64,000 nucleotides of DNA from Verrucomicrobiota bacterium (lineage in GTDB: Bacteria; Verrucomicrobiota; Verrucomicrobiia; Limisphaerales; JACDHS01), in NCBI GenBank assembly GCA_013820875.1, contig JACDHS010000003.1:26952-90951 (forward strand), in the 5' to 3' direction. The notes under the pieces were generated by a model that worked only from the letters and a program-made list of their open reading frames with translations, was not told the DNA's origin and searched no databases. Positions 26,001 to 34,856 of the stretch are shown in pieces. Within the stretch, counting starts at the first letter, position 1. Every line of letters starts with the position of its first letter. A program made the translations under genes and the position numbers.

Positions 26001-28518
26001 TCAAGACAACGGTGTTCCATCGTTGTATGCGACACGTAATTTCGACGTGACAGTTAATGAAGTGAACGCTGCTCCGGTTCTCACCATTCCAACCAGCAGC
26101 ACAAAGACTCACCTGGTTGCTGGTTTTGACGACACAGATGAAGAGCCGAACGGTGTTATTCTGTTCCGTCACCCGCTCTATTCCTCTACCTCGAGCGCAT
26201 TCCTCGATGCCACTCCGAACAGCAGTGTGCTGGCGACCTCGCCGGACTTCCCGCTGCCGGACGACAATACCAGTCTCAAAGTGCTGCACACCTCGTTCAG
26301 CTTCAAGACTGGCACCGTTAATCCATGGCTGCGTCTGACCACCTACACGCTGAACACAAACCATGCGTTCGTTCCGAATCCAACGATCAACTTGAATTCG
26401 AAACTGCGCTTCAAGGTATATACCGACAAATCCATCAAGTTGGCCCTCGCTGTTCGCGAAACCGGCATCAATGTGCCGATTGGTTTCAATGGTGGCGTTT
26501 CCGGAGCCATTGAGTACGTCGGTGTTTCCGGCAAGCAAGCCAATGGTTGCCCCATCCCGACCCGCACCATCGGTGCTGGAGCATGGACCACGGTAGAATT
26601 CAACATGCCGAGCGAGCAATGCGCTAACTTCGTCAACGGCAACGGTGTCCTCGCAAGTGGCAAAGGCACAATCGAACAAGTAGCCATTGTCCCTAACGGC
26701 GGCATGGGCGCTTACAACGTTTACTTCGATGATTTCGAAGTGGTTGAAACCAGCAGCACCTTCACTGTCGATACCCTGGCGAACATTTCGTTCCAGGCCA
26801 CGGCGACCGACGTGGATCGTGTCGGCGGAGCAGAGCAAACGCTCGGCTTCACCCTCGACGCTGGCGCTCCGGCTAATGCTGAAATCGACGAAATTACAGG
26901 TGTGTTTACCTGGACTCCCACGCCGGAAGAAAGCCCGAGCACAAATGTCATCAGCATCCGTGTGACTGACGATGGAGTGCCGAACCTCAGTGATGTGAAA
27001 AACGTCACGATCATCGTGAACAAAGTGAACACTGCTCCTTACTTCGGCAACCTGCCGGAAGAGGAGATATATCTCGGCAACGGCGAAGCCTTGAGCTGGG
27101 ATGTGGATGCAGAGGATGATGACAACCCTGGCGACACCTTGAGCTTCTCGCTTTTGGTCAAGCCGACTGGCGCGACGATTGATGCCGATGGGGTGATCAG
27201 TTGGACGGCTCCATCAAGTGGCAGCAGCACCAACACCTTCACGGTGCGTGTGCAGGACAACGGTTCACCGGTGCTCTTCACCGATTCATCGTTCCTCGTC
27301 ATTGTCACCCCGGCCAACACAGCCCCTGTGTTGAACCTGGGCGCAGCGCGTATCACTGAAGCAGTGGTGAACTATGAAAGCTTCACTAATGGAACGCCGA
27401 ACGAACAAGTCATGTTCCGCAAACCATCGTTCTCCAGCACGACCACGAACTTCCTCGACATGGGTGTGACAAATTACACCACCGTGACGACCTCGTTCCC
27501 GGCTGGAAACGCCAACGCTGGCAGCAAAGTGCTCCGTGCCCAATGGTCCTTCAAGACCGGCATCAGCGATTACTGGCTGCGTCTGACCACCACCGATTCG
27601 GCCTTCCTGCCGAATACGACCATCAACGCCAGTGAGCGGTTGAAGTTCGATATCTACACCACCAAGACTCTGAAGGTGGGCGTCGGTATCCGCGAAACCG
27701 GCACCTCGGCTGAAAACGGCGCCAACGGCGGCATCAGTGGCGCCATCGAATACGTCGGTGTGGGCAGCAAAGTCGGCTCAACGCCTGTGCCGACCCGCAC
27801 GGTCAGCGCTGGTACCTGGACCACGCTTGAATTCGACCTGCCAAACGAGCCATGCCAAACCCTCACGGGTAACAGCATTCTCGCAGCAGGCCAACAGGTG
27901 CTCGAGCACCTCATCCTCAAGGGTGAAGGCGGGACAGGCGTTTACACTGTTTACGTCGATAACTTCCAGGTTGTGGAAGTTATTCCAACGCTGAACAGCG
28001 ACGAAGACACTGGTTTGGTTGAGTTCACAATGAAGACCGGCAGCACGCTGACCTTCACGGCGAGCGCAACGGATACCGACGCAGTGACATTCAGCCTCGA
28101 GCCGGGAGCTCCGACTGGCGCAAGCCTCAACAGCGGCACCGGTGCCTTTAGCTGGACGCCATCTGTTGGCGACGCTGGCACGAGTGCCAACATCGGCATC
28201 TCTGTCGAAGACAATCCAACAAACGGCGGACTCAAGAAGCAGGATGCGGATGAGTTCGTTGTTCACGTGGTCGCTGACGGTGTTGGAACACAAAATCCAA
28301 CAGTCAACGGCGAAGTGAGCGCAGGTGAAGTTGTTGCCTTGACCTGGGATTCAATCCCCGGCGCGACTTACAATGTGCAAGCCAAAGGAGCTGACGGCGT
28401 ATGGACTACTGTCCAGACGGTGGTAGCCGAAGGCGCCACATCGTCAACCGAAGTCAGCAGCGACGAAGACCTCACCTATCGTGTGGTTGAAGTCAGCGGT
28501 GCTGGTAGCGACGAATAA
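23074..28518 (+). CDS. Giant exoprotein: N-terminal PGRP/Amidase_2 N-acetylmuramoyl-L-alanine amidase, 3 FN3 domains, many cadherin-like/Ig-like domains and 3 copies of a novel ~200-aa module
   Basis: I set the start at ATG 23074 (MKNKPITRYRLSGMLAVALPVLFFAADAMA, a signal peptide). Amidase motifs are IVHHTAGNEYS, GWSDIGYHFTVD and STACPG. The FN3 signatures are L.W.DNS..E.GF.(I/V)ER...Y.D.GL....YYYRV, three times. The FSWTPT motifs match Ig-like repeats. Confidence 0.85.
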   Translation: MKNKPITRYRLSGMLAVALPVLFFAADAMAAKGPQPSICTRSCWGARAPKSGASQMSGLTRAIVHHTAGNEYSTTGLTSSKSYQRGIQNLHMNANGWSDIGYHFTVDKFGNIFEGRSGSMSSLPRGAHDGYNYNSFGFTCMGYYHTPKNNALTSAQKTSLEKVIAWRMPSSWSASGSGSYNGKTVGYLDGHYKVKSTACPGSIIINQLGSIRTGVNAKKNGGSTPSGPSSLTATAYSTTRIDLKWVDNSGIETGFKIERSLSSGSGFSQIATVGANVKAYSSTGLAAGTRYYYRVRAYNATGNSPYSNTANTTTKQTIPAAPSALTANATSDKQINLAWTDNSNNESGFRVLRSTDGTTFAQIATVGVNVKTYSNTGLTGNRKYYYRVQSYNSAGNSAVSNTANDTTAPQAPTSLVVSTVSGTANWNKLQLSWVDNSSAETGFKVERGTAAAGPFTQIATTGAGVATYQDTGLAATTTYYYRVRSYNANGNSTYTPVVSRATPNAPPVLGAIGNKTVAAGSTLAFTATASDPNGTTTTTTWQNFTSFGHNTPNETVLFRRPSNSATTSAFLTTATNYTRVVSNGPSAWGSGNKSILAGWTFKTGMANYWIRLNTFNTATNPNPTIQLDQRLRFKVYANKAIKVGLGIRETGTTAAYGANGGTTGAIEWVGVTNVVSGAPIPNKSVAAATSATLTFNIPFEAQAGFTGNGVVPQTPTKGVMEHLVIKGEGGTGAYTVWFDDFQVIQANNNAFTLVGAPAGASIGYRNGKFSWTPTTGQVGTHTFTVRVTDALGGVDTESITVTVTGTGNAAPVLANISNKTVNEGSNLSFTATATDANAGQTLTFSLLSGAPSGASITGTGNFSWTPTEAQGPGSYPISVRVTDNGSPVSNDTKTFTVTVNEVNSAPVLATISNVSINEGSSLNVTASATDSDIPANTITYSLENAPDGMTINASSGAISWTPGEDDDGVAQVTVRAQDNGVPSLYATRNFDVTVNEVNAAPVLTIPTSSTKTHLVAGFDDTDEEPNGVILFRHPLYSSTSSAFLDATPNSSVLATSPDFPLPDDNTSLKVLHTSFSFKTGTVNPWLRLTTYTLNTNHAFVPNPTINLNSKLRFKVYTDKSIKLALAVRETGINVPIGFNGGVSGAIEYVGVSGKQANGCPIPTRTIGAGAWTTVEFNMPSEQCANFVNGNGVLASGKGTIEQVAIVPNGGMGAYNVYFDDFEVVETSSTFTVDTLANISFQATATDVDRVGGAEQTLGFTLDAGAPANAEIDEITGVFTWTPTPEESPSTNVISIRVTDDGVPNLSDVKNVTIIVNKVNTAPYFGNLPEEEIYLGNGEALSWDVDAEDDDNPGDTLSFSLLVKPTGATIDADGVISWTAPSSGSSTNTFTVRVQDNGSPVLFTDSSFLVIVTPANTAPVLNLGAARITEAVVNYESFTNGTPNEQVMFRKPSFSSTTTNFLDMGVTNYTTVTTSFPAGNANAGSKVLRAQWSFKTGISDYWLRLTTTDSAFLPNTTINASERLKFDIYTTKTLKVGVGIRETGTSAENGANGGISGAIEYVGVGSKVGSTPVPTRTVSAGTWTTLEFDLPNEPCQTLTGNSILAAGQQVLEHLILKGEGGTGVYTVYVDNFQVVEVIPTLNSDEDTGLVEFTMKTGSTLTFTASATDTDAVTFSLEPGAPTGASLNSGTGAFSWTPSVGDAGTSANIGISVEDNPTNGGLKKQDADEFVVHVVADGVGTQNPTVNGEVSAGEVVALTWDSIPGATYNVQAKGADGVWTTVQTVVAEGATSSTEVSSDEDLTYRVVEVSGAGSDE

Positions 28519-28541
28519 TCGTCCCATCCCAAAAACCCATG

Positions 28542-28573
28542 AGCCTGCTTCCGCAAGGAAGCAGGCTTTTTTG
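28542..28573 (+). terminator. Rho-independent terminator after the giant amidase gene
   Basis: The stem AGCCTGCTTCC / GGAAGCAGGCT has a GCAA loop and is followed by TTTTTTG, 24 nt after the stop codon. Confidence 0.8.
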
Positions 28574-28790
28574 TTGTGGGTTCCTGCTCTTTTCTGTGAA
28601 CCTGCCCGACTTGGCAAATTCGAGGTCCATTTCGACTGCTTTGGGGCAGCGGCGCCGCCTGGAGACAATCCCACCCGCACCAATCGCCAAACCGCCAAGG
28701 CGGGCTAAACTAAACTGCCGGATTAAGAGTAAAACACGCAGAAATCGTTTTTTATATAGGCATTTTGTCTCGGGACGCTAAATTGCGACC

Positions 28791-29270
28791 ATGCGCACGG
28801 TGATTTACCCCGGCAGTTTTGATCCGCTGACCAATGGCCATTTGGATGTCATTCAGCGGGCGGCCAAGCTTTTTGACAAAGTCATTGTTGCCGTTGCAAA
28901 CAACGAACGAAAAAAGCCGGTTTTTTCTCTACAGGAGCGTGTGCAGCTCATGTCCGAAGCGATAACCCATATTCCACATGCGCAAGTGGACTCATTGGAG
29001 GGTTTGTTGGTCGATTTTGTGGAAAAGCGCGGTGGACAGGCAATTATCCGGGGATTACGCGCCGTTTCGGACTTCGAATTTGAATTTCAGCTCGCATTGA
29101 TGAATCGTAAGCTAAATGAACGCATCGAGACCATCTTCATGATGCCAAAGGATACCTACACATTCTTAAGTTCGAGCATTGTGAAAGAAATTGTTGCGTT
29201 GGGTGGGGACGTGAGTTCATTTGTGCCAGCGCATGTGCAGGCGGCGTTGAAGGTGAAATTTTCGAAATAG
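28791..29270 (+). CDS. coaD: Phosphopantetheine adenylyltransferase
   Basis: Contains YPGSFDPLTNGHLDVIQRA. 159 aa. Confidence 0.92.
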   Translation: MRTVIYPGSFDPLTNGHLDVIQRAAKLFDKVIVAVANNERKKPVFSLQERVQLMSEAITHIPHAQVDSLEGLLVDFVEKRGGQAIIRGLRAVSDFEFEFQLALMNRKLNERIETIFMMPKDTYTFLSSSIVKEIVALGGDVSSFVPAHVQAALKVKFSK

Positions 29271-29331
29271 CCTGCCCAAAAGAACTGCGGCTGGGAATTT
29301 TTACCAGTCTATTGTTCTAAGAAAGGAACCT

Positions 29332-29820
29332 ATGCCACTGCTCATCAACCTTCGACATCTGGAAACCAAAAGCATCTTTCTTGAAGGTAAACTGCCGGTT
29401 GCCGAACTGGAGATCGAAACGATCGACAGCCTCGTCCACCCGGGGAGCACGGTGGCGTATGACCTTGAAGTGCAGATGCTTGAGCAGAACCTTCTTGTCC
29501 AGGGAAAGGTTCATTTGCCGGTGCAATGCGAATGTGTTCGTTGCTTAAAAGAGTTTCGTTGTGATATTGATTTTTCCGATTGGGCGTGTCATTTACCTCT
29601 CGAAGGAGATGATAAGGTGGAGCCTCAAGGCGATTTCGTGGACTTGACGCCTTATCTTCGTGAAGATATTTTGCTCGCCTTTCCGCAGCACCCGCTGTGT
29701 GATGCGGAGTGCAAGGGGCTGCCCAAAGGTTCGGCAGCGAAAGTAAAAAAGGTAAGTGGAACAGGCAAGTTCGAAGAAAAACCGGCAGCCTGGGCCGAAC
29801 TAGATAAACTAAAACTTTAG
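29332..29820 (+). CDS. yceD: YceD/DUF177 family protein
   Basis: 162 aa immediately upstream of rpmF, with Cys motifs CECVRC and CDAEC. This is the classical yceD-rpmF-plsX-fabH synteny. Confidence 0.8.
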   Translation: MPLLINLRHLETKSIFLEGKLPVAELEIETIDSLVHPGSTVAYDLEVQMLEQNLLVQGKVHLPVQCECVRCLKEFRCDIDFSDWACHLPLEGDDKVEPQGDFVDLTPYLREDILLAFPQHPLCDAECKGLPKGSAAKVKKVSGTGKFEEKPAAWAELDKLKL

Positions 29821-29832
29821 AAAATAGAGATT

Positions 29833-30018
29833 ATGGGAGTACCCAAACGTAAGCCATCACGGAGTCGCCAGCGCATGCGCCGCGCCTATAACAGTGTTTT
29901 GTCCCTGCCACAGCTCGGCAAGTGCTCACAATGCGACGCTCCTGCGATTTCGCATCGGGTTTGTCCGGCTTGCGGCTATTATAAAGGCCGTCAGGTAATT
30001 AACGTCGAAGTGGCATAA
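29833..30018 (+). CDS. rpmF: 50S ribosomal protein L32
   Basis: Begins MGVPKRKPSRSRQRMRRA and contains C..C....C.aCG. 61 aa. Confidence 0.92.
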   Translation: MGVPKRKPSRSRQRMRRAYNSVLSLPQLGKCSQCDAPAISHRVCPACGYYKGRQVINVEVA

Positions 30019-30071
30019 TCAATTTTTGGAGAGCGCGGACGTTCATTTGAACTATCGCGCTCTTTCCATTT

Positions 30072-31094
30072 ATGCGCATTGCCGTTGACGTCATGGGCGG
30101 CGACCACGGCCCAGGCGTAGTTATTGATGGTGTGAAAATCGCGTTGGAAAACGACGCGAAGATCACCGAGCTTTTTCTCGTTGGCAAAGAAGACGAAATT
30201 CACGCTGGCCTTAAGACCGCAGGGTGCCATGATCGGCGTGTGCGCGTTGTTCACGCCAGTGAAGTCCTCACCATGGAGGACAAGCCCGTCGAAGCACTCC
30301 GCAAGAAGAAGGATTCTTCCATTCTCCGCGCCGTTGACCTCGTTCGCGATGGCACGGCGGACGCAATCATTTCCCAGGGCAATACCGGTGGACTGGTTGT
30401 TTCGGCGCATATCCGCCTGCGGCCATTGCCCGGGGTGGAACGCCCAGCCATCGCCTGCATCATGCCGCGCGTTTTCGGCGAATGGGTTTTGCTGGATGCC
30501 GGTGCGAATCCCGAAGCCACACCGCTTCACCTGGCGCACAATGCGGTGATGGGAGCGGTTTATTATCGCTCGCTCATTGGCGGCAACAAACCGCGGGTGG
30601 GCATCATTTGCAATGGCAGCGAAGAGATCAAAGGCAACGACCTGACCCGCGAGGCACTGAGACTTTGCAAACAACTCGATCTGAATTTTGTCGGCTATGT
30701 TGAAGGTCCCGATTTATTTCAGGGCAAGGTGGATGTGGCGGTGGCGGATGGGTTCGTGGGCAATATTGTTTTGAAAACCATCGAAGGAATGGGTAAAGGC
30801 ATTCAGGAAATTTTGAAATCCGAATTGACCGCCACGCCACTCCGGAAATTGGGAGCAATGATTGCCAAAGACGGCTTGCGCGGTCTGAAACGCCGCATGA
30901 ATCCTGATTGCCACGGCGGAGCGCAGGTTCTCGGTTTGAATGGTAATGTCATCAAAGTGCATGGTTCGGCCAAGGCGGTGGTGATTGCCAATGCCGTGCG
31001 TCAGACCGGGACGGCGTTCAAGAAAAATTTGAATCAGTTGATCGCAGCAGAAATTGCGAAAGCGAACGAACGACTTCAGCTTCCAGCAGCATGA
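30072..31094 (+). CDS. plsX: Phosphate acyltransferase PlsX
   Basis: Contains RIAVDVMGGDHGP and ISQGNTGG. 340 aa. Its stop overlaps the fabH start (ATGA). Confidence 0.92.
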   Translation: MRIAVDVMGGDHGPGVVIDGVKIALENDAKITELFLVGKEDEIHAGLKTAGCHDRRVRVVHASEVLTMEDKPVEALRKKKDSSILRAVDLVRDGTADAIISQGNTGGLVVSAHIRLRPLPGVERPAIACIMPRVFGEWVLLDAGANPEATPLHLAHNAVMGAVYYRSLIGGNKPRVGIICNGSEEIKGNDLTREALRLCKQLDLNFVGYVEGPDLFQGKVDVAVADGFVGNIVLKTIEGMGKGIQEILKSELTATPLRKLGAMIAKDGLRGLKRRMNPDCHGGAQVLGLNGNVIKVHGSAKAVVIANAVRQTGTAFKKNLNQLIAAEIAKANERLQLPAA

Positions 31095-32128
31095 GCCCAT
31101 CGATCCAGAAAAAATTCAAGAACCCTCGCGCGAAGCACGGCTTTCAAGGCCGGACCTGCTCGATAGCAGCAGTTGGTTCCTACGTTCCCGCGAAGGAATT
31201 AACAAATCAGGATCTTGAAAAGCTGGTTGATACGACGGACGACTGGATTACCTCCCGGACCGGGATCAAAGCGCGCCGTATCGCTGCTGAAGACGAATTC
31301 ACTTCGGACATGGCTGCAAAAGCTGCGTTGCGCGCCATGGTAAAGGGCGGTGTTAAACCGGAAGAAATTGATCTCATCATTGTTGCGACGATTACGCCGG
31401 ACATGCCGTTTCCTTCCACGGCCTGCTGGGTTCAACAGAAAATTGGCGCGCACAGAGCTGCGGCTTTCGACATTGAAGCGGCTTGTTCAGGTTTTATCTT
31501 CGCGCTCGAGATTGGGCAGCAATTCATCATGTCTCGCACTTACGACACCATCCTGGTGATCGGTGCGGAAAAACTTTCTTCCATCATCAATTGGAAAGAT
31601 CGCAATACCTGCGTCTTGTTTGGTGATGGCGCGGGCGCCGCCATTCTTCGCCATCGCCCTGCCGCCCATGGTTTGTTGACGGCATGCATGGGAGCGGATG
31701 GACGGAAAGCAGACCTGCTTTCCATGCCGGGAGGCGGCAGTCGTTGTCCTGCGACGATTGATTCTGTTTCCAACGGGCTGCATTTCCTGCGGATGGATGG
31801 CAAAGAAACTTTCAAGAATGCCGTCAACGCAATGTACACCGCCGCGCAAGAAGCATTGCGCCGTTGTGAAATTAATATTTCACAGATCGCCTGTATCATT
31901 CCGCACCAGGCGAATCGCCGCATCATTGACGCAGTGGGAGAACGTCTCGGTGTTCAGCCCGAGCAGGTATTTGTGAACCTCGACAAATACGGAAACACCT
32001 CTGCCGCCTCTGTGGCTATCGCTTTGGATGAAGCAGTGGAGCAAGAACGCATCAAGCAGGGGGACTTAGTTTTGTTAGTAGTCTTTGGCGCGGGGCTGAC
32101 GTGGGGTGCCGCCGTCATAGAATGGTGA
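31091..32128 (+). CDS. fabH: 3-oxoacyl-ACP synthase III
   Basis: Contains the active-site Cys in ACSGFIFAL, plus HQANRRI and GNTSAAS. Confidence 0.92.
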   Translation: MSPSIQKKFKNPRAKHGFQGRTCSIAAVGSYVPAKELTNQDLEKLVDTTDDWITSRTGIKARRIAAEDEFTSDMAAKAALRAMVKGGVKPEEIDLIIVATITPDMPFPSTACWVQQKIGAHRAAAFDIEAACSGFIFALEIGQQFIMSRTYDTILVIGAEKLSSIINWKDRNTCVLFGDGAGAAILRHRPAAHGLLTACMGADGRKADLLSMPGGGSRCPATIDSVSNGLHFLRMDGKETFKNAVNAMYTAAQEALRRCEINISQIACIIPHQANRRIIDAVGERLGVQPEQVFVNLDKYGNTSAASVAIALDEAVEQERIKQGDLVLLVVFGAGLTWGAAVIEW

Positions 32129-32177
32129 GCAAACCTTTCAGAACCGGTTACATGTTTTTCCGCAGCAGAGAAGCGGT

Positions 32178-32534
32178 TTGACCCGCAAAACGTTCGTGGT
32201 AAGTTGGGGTATGAGCGTGAGAAGAATGGGAAAGGGGGAAGCAGCGATCACAGCCCAGGCATCCACAGACAACCTGGCAGTTCCTGCAACAAGCATTCGG
32301 GTTCGAAAAAATGGAATTGAGTTTCGCTCCGATAATCCCATTGAAACTTGGACTGAGATGACCCTCGATTTTTTTTCTCCATTTCATAAAGGCCGGTTGC
32401 ATTGCAATGGAGTGGTGGTCGCCTGCTTGGGTAATCGTCACGAGGGTTTCATCGTTGCGATGCTCTTCACCAACATTTCTGAGACTGCGTTGCATATCCT
32501 GACGGAACTGCACCGTCCACAACTCGAGAATTGA
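32178..32534 (+). CDS. Hypothetical small protein (possibly PilZ-like)
   Basis: 118-aa ORF downstream of fabH. It has weak resemblance to PilZ-type beta-barrels (IRVRKNGIEFRS...GVVVAC). The start is uncertain. Confidence 0.35.
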   Translation: MTRKTFVVSWGMSVRRMGKGEAAITAQASTDNLAVPATSIRVRKNGIEFRSDNPIETWTEMTLDFFSPFHKGRLHCNGVVVACLGNRHEGFIVAMLFTNISETALHILTELHRPQLEN

Positions 32535-32803
32535 TCCAAAAGCCGGCAATCCAAACCGATAATCTGCGCTAACGAACGCTCATTCGAGGAGGATTGCCTG
32601 CAAACCAGCCTTGAAAAGCGAATTCACCTGTTGGGTGAAGTCCTTGTCTTGCGTAACCGCCTCTCTATTAGCCGCAGATTAGTCGTTCAAGCGGTTTTTA
32701 GGTTAACCGCCTTTCACAAGGTTAACTTAAGATAGGTGAAAATGTATTGAGTAATAGGTGTTTCTCTGATCTATTAGGAAGCTAAAGCGCAAAGGAAGTG
32801 ATT

Positions 32804-34228
32804 ATGAAGAAAGTTATCCCCAATTTATTATTCTGTCTGGCCGCATTATTGTTGTTGGCTCCACAGGCGAAAGCCCAAACCACCGTTCTGTTTGAAAGTT
32901 TTGAAAACCTCGATTCTTTTGCGACGAATTGGGTTGCGGAAAGCAACTATTCGGATGAGGACGAGGAAGTCCTCTGGGGCGTCGTGGATCGCCTTTTTGG
33001 CGGCACTCTTGATGTCCCACGCACCGGTACCAATAAGTTATATTGCGCCGCAGTACGAGTTGATGGGGCTCGCGGTTGGCTCGGAACCTACACCAACCCT
33101 CGCTATCAGGATAACATGTCAACCGTCGTCCACCGTGATATAGACCTGCAAAAGTACAAATCGGCCACTTTAACCTTTTGGTATAAAGCCAGAATTTTTC
33201 CAGGTAACGACGAAGAGTTTGATGAATTTTTCAGCGATTACCTGACTGTTTACGTTGATGACGATCCGCTCTTCTCGACCGATGACCTGTCCGAGCCGGT
33301 CACAAAATGGACGAAAGTGACAATCAATCTCGATCAGTATGCCGGTACTATTTGTAATTTGAAGTTCGAATTTGAATCCGATTTCTACGGGCAGGAAGAC
33401 GGTGAGGCTGCTGGTGAGGGGGTCTATCTTGATGATATCCTTGTGACTGGTTACTCGGCTTATCGGGCTGATTACAACAAAGATGGGAGGACTGACCTTC
33501 TATTCCATAATCTTTGGGATGGACGTATGGCTGTCTGGTACATGACGAATTATACGCAGATGGCGGAATCCGTGTTGGTGCGAGACGGTTTGCCAGTGCC
33601 TCTTGGTTGGCGTTTAAGCAGCCAGGCCGATTTCGACGGTGATGGGAATGCCGACCTTCTTTGGCATCATGTGGATGGACGCTTGAGCGTCTGGTTCATG
33701 GATGGTGGCGATTTTATTAAGAATACGTTAATTCGCCGTGTTGGTGATGGCTGGCGTTTGATGTCGATGGCCGATTTCAATCATGATGGAAGCCAGGATT
33801 TCGTTTGGCAGCACACAGATCGTCGGGTTGCGGTCTGGTATATGGATGGCACCAACTTCCTCAGTTCTGCGTTGATTGACAAGCTCCTTCCGACAGGCGT
33901 GAACGTTGTCGCTTCTGGCGATTTCAATTACGATGGAAGGCGGGATCTTCTCATTCAGAAGAAAAGTACCGGCAAGATCTGGTCGCGACAACTTTTGGGG
34001 ACGAAGTTTGTGAAAGACGTCGCGTTCACCTATGCGCCAGGCCTTTCCTTCGCTGCTGAATGGCGCGTCGCTGGCACCCATGACATGAATGGAGATGGCG
34101 ATCCCGATCTGCTGATGCGTCACGTTGATGGAAACCTGGCTGCCTGGATACTGGATGGAAGCCGCGTTGTTCAACAAATTCCCATCCGAAAAGCCGGAAC
34201 ACAATGGATCAACGCTGGCCATCGTTAA
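32804..34228 (+). CDS. Secreted protein with an N-terminal jelly-roll-like domain and C-terminal FG-GAP/VCBS repeats
   Basis: The ATG at 32804 is preceded by AAGGAAG. It has a signal peptide (KKVIPNLLFCLAALLLLAPQAKA) and 5-6 repeats of the D(F/Y)N.DG..DLL...(D)G.(L/V).VW type, related to the C-terminus of 19218..21662. Confidence 0.8.
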   Translation: MKKVIPNLLFCLAALLLLAPQAKAQTTVLFESFENLDSFATNWVAESNYSDEDEEVLWGVVDRLFGGTLDVPRTGTNKLYCAAVRVDGARGWLGTYTNPRYQDNMSTVVHRDIDLQKYKSATLTFWYKARIFPGNDEEFDEFFSDYLTVYVDDDPLFSTDDLSEPVTKWTKVTINLDQYAGTICNLKFEFESDFYGQEDGEAAGEGVYLDDILVTGYSAYRADYNKDGRTDLLFHNLWDGRMAVWYMTNYTQMAESVLVRDGLPVPLGWRLSSQADFDGDGNADLLWHHVDGRLSVWFMDGGDFIKNTLIRRVGDGWRLMSMADFNHDGSQDFVWQHTDRRVAVWYMDGTNFLSSALIDKLLPTGVNVVASGDFNYDGRRDLLIQKKSTGKIWSRQLLGTKFVKDVAFTYAPGLSFAAEWRVAGTHDMNGDGDPDLLMRHVDGNLAAWILDGSRVVQQIPIRKAGTQWINAGHR

Positions 34229-34276
34229 AACAAACGTTGGCTTGTTTTAATCCCTTATTATTTTAGGGTCGTTCGC

Positions 34277-34807
34277 GTGATCGGTTTTTTACGTTTCATT
34301 GGAGTTGTAAATGCAGCGATCTGGTTTGGATCGGCGATCTTCTTTACGATTGTCGCCGGTCCAGCTTTTTTTTCCGATGAGATGGAGAGGTTGATCCGGC
34401 CTCCCTACAATGGCGCTGCTGCTCAAGTCCTGCTCAAACGCTATTTTTACCTGCACTATTGGTGTGGTGGAATTGCAGTGATTCATCTTCTCTTAGAACG
34501 CCTTTATACGGGGAGATCCTTTGAGCGTTTTACTTCTGTTCTGTTGGCTGCAATCCTTGGCTTCAGCTTGCTCGGCGGCTTTTGGTTGCAACCCAGGCTA
34601 AAGGAGCTTCATTACATCAAGTACAGTGCAGCAACTGCTGAAGAGCGGGCGGAAGCGGATAAATCATTTGGCGCATGGCATGGGGTTTCGCAAACCATGA
34701 ATCTCTTTGTGACAGCGGGCCTACTGTTTTACTTGTGGCGTGTCACCAGTCTGAATCATCCCGCCAGGGTCCCAGGCTTCCGAAAACTATCTGTGGGTTG
34801 GAAATAA
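34277..34807 (+). CDS. DUF4149/TMEM205-like integral membrane protein
   Basis: 176 aa with 4 hydrophobic helices. The N-terminus IGVVNAAIWFGSAIFFTIVAGPAFF is typical of that family. Confidence 0.5.
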   Translation: MIGFLRFIGVVNAAIWFGSAIFFTIVAGPAFFSDEMERLIRPPYNGAAAQVLLKRYFYLHYWCGGIAVIHLLLERLYTGRSFERFTSVLLAAILGFSLLGGFWLQPRLKELHYIKYSAATAEERAEADKSFGAWHGVSQTMNLFVTAGLLFYLWRVTSLNHPARVPGFRKLSVGWK

Positions 34808-34856
34808 CTTCTGCTTCTGTTTGGGTTGAATCGTGTGGCGCGCCTGGCGCTAAAAG

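Noticed and set aside
25783-26838. 351-aa minus-strand ORF, along with many 60-220-aa ORFs on both strands inside 23074-28518
   Set aside because: These are shadow ORFs inside a long gene with strong domain evidence on the plus strand. Their composition is Arg/Gly/Cys-rich, as is typical of antisense frames.
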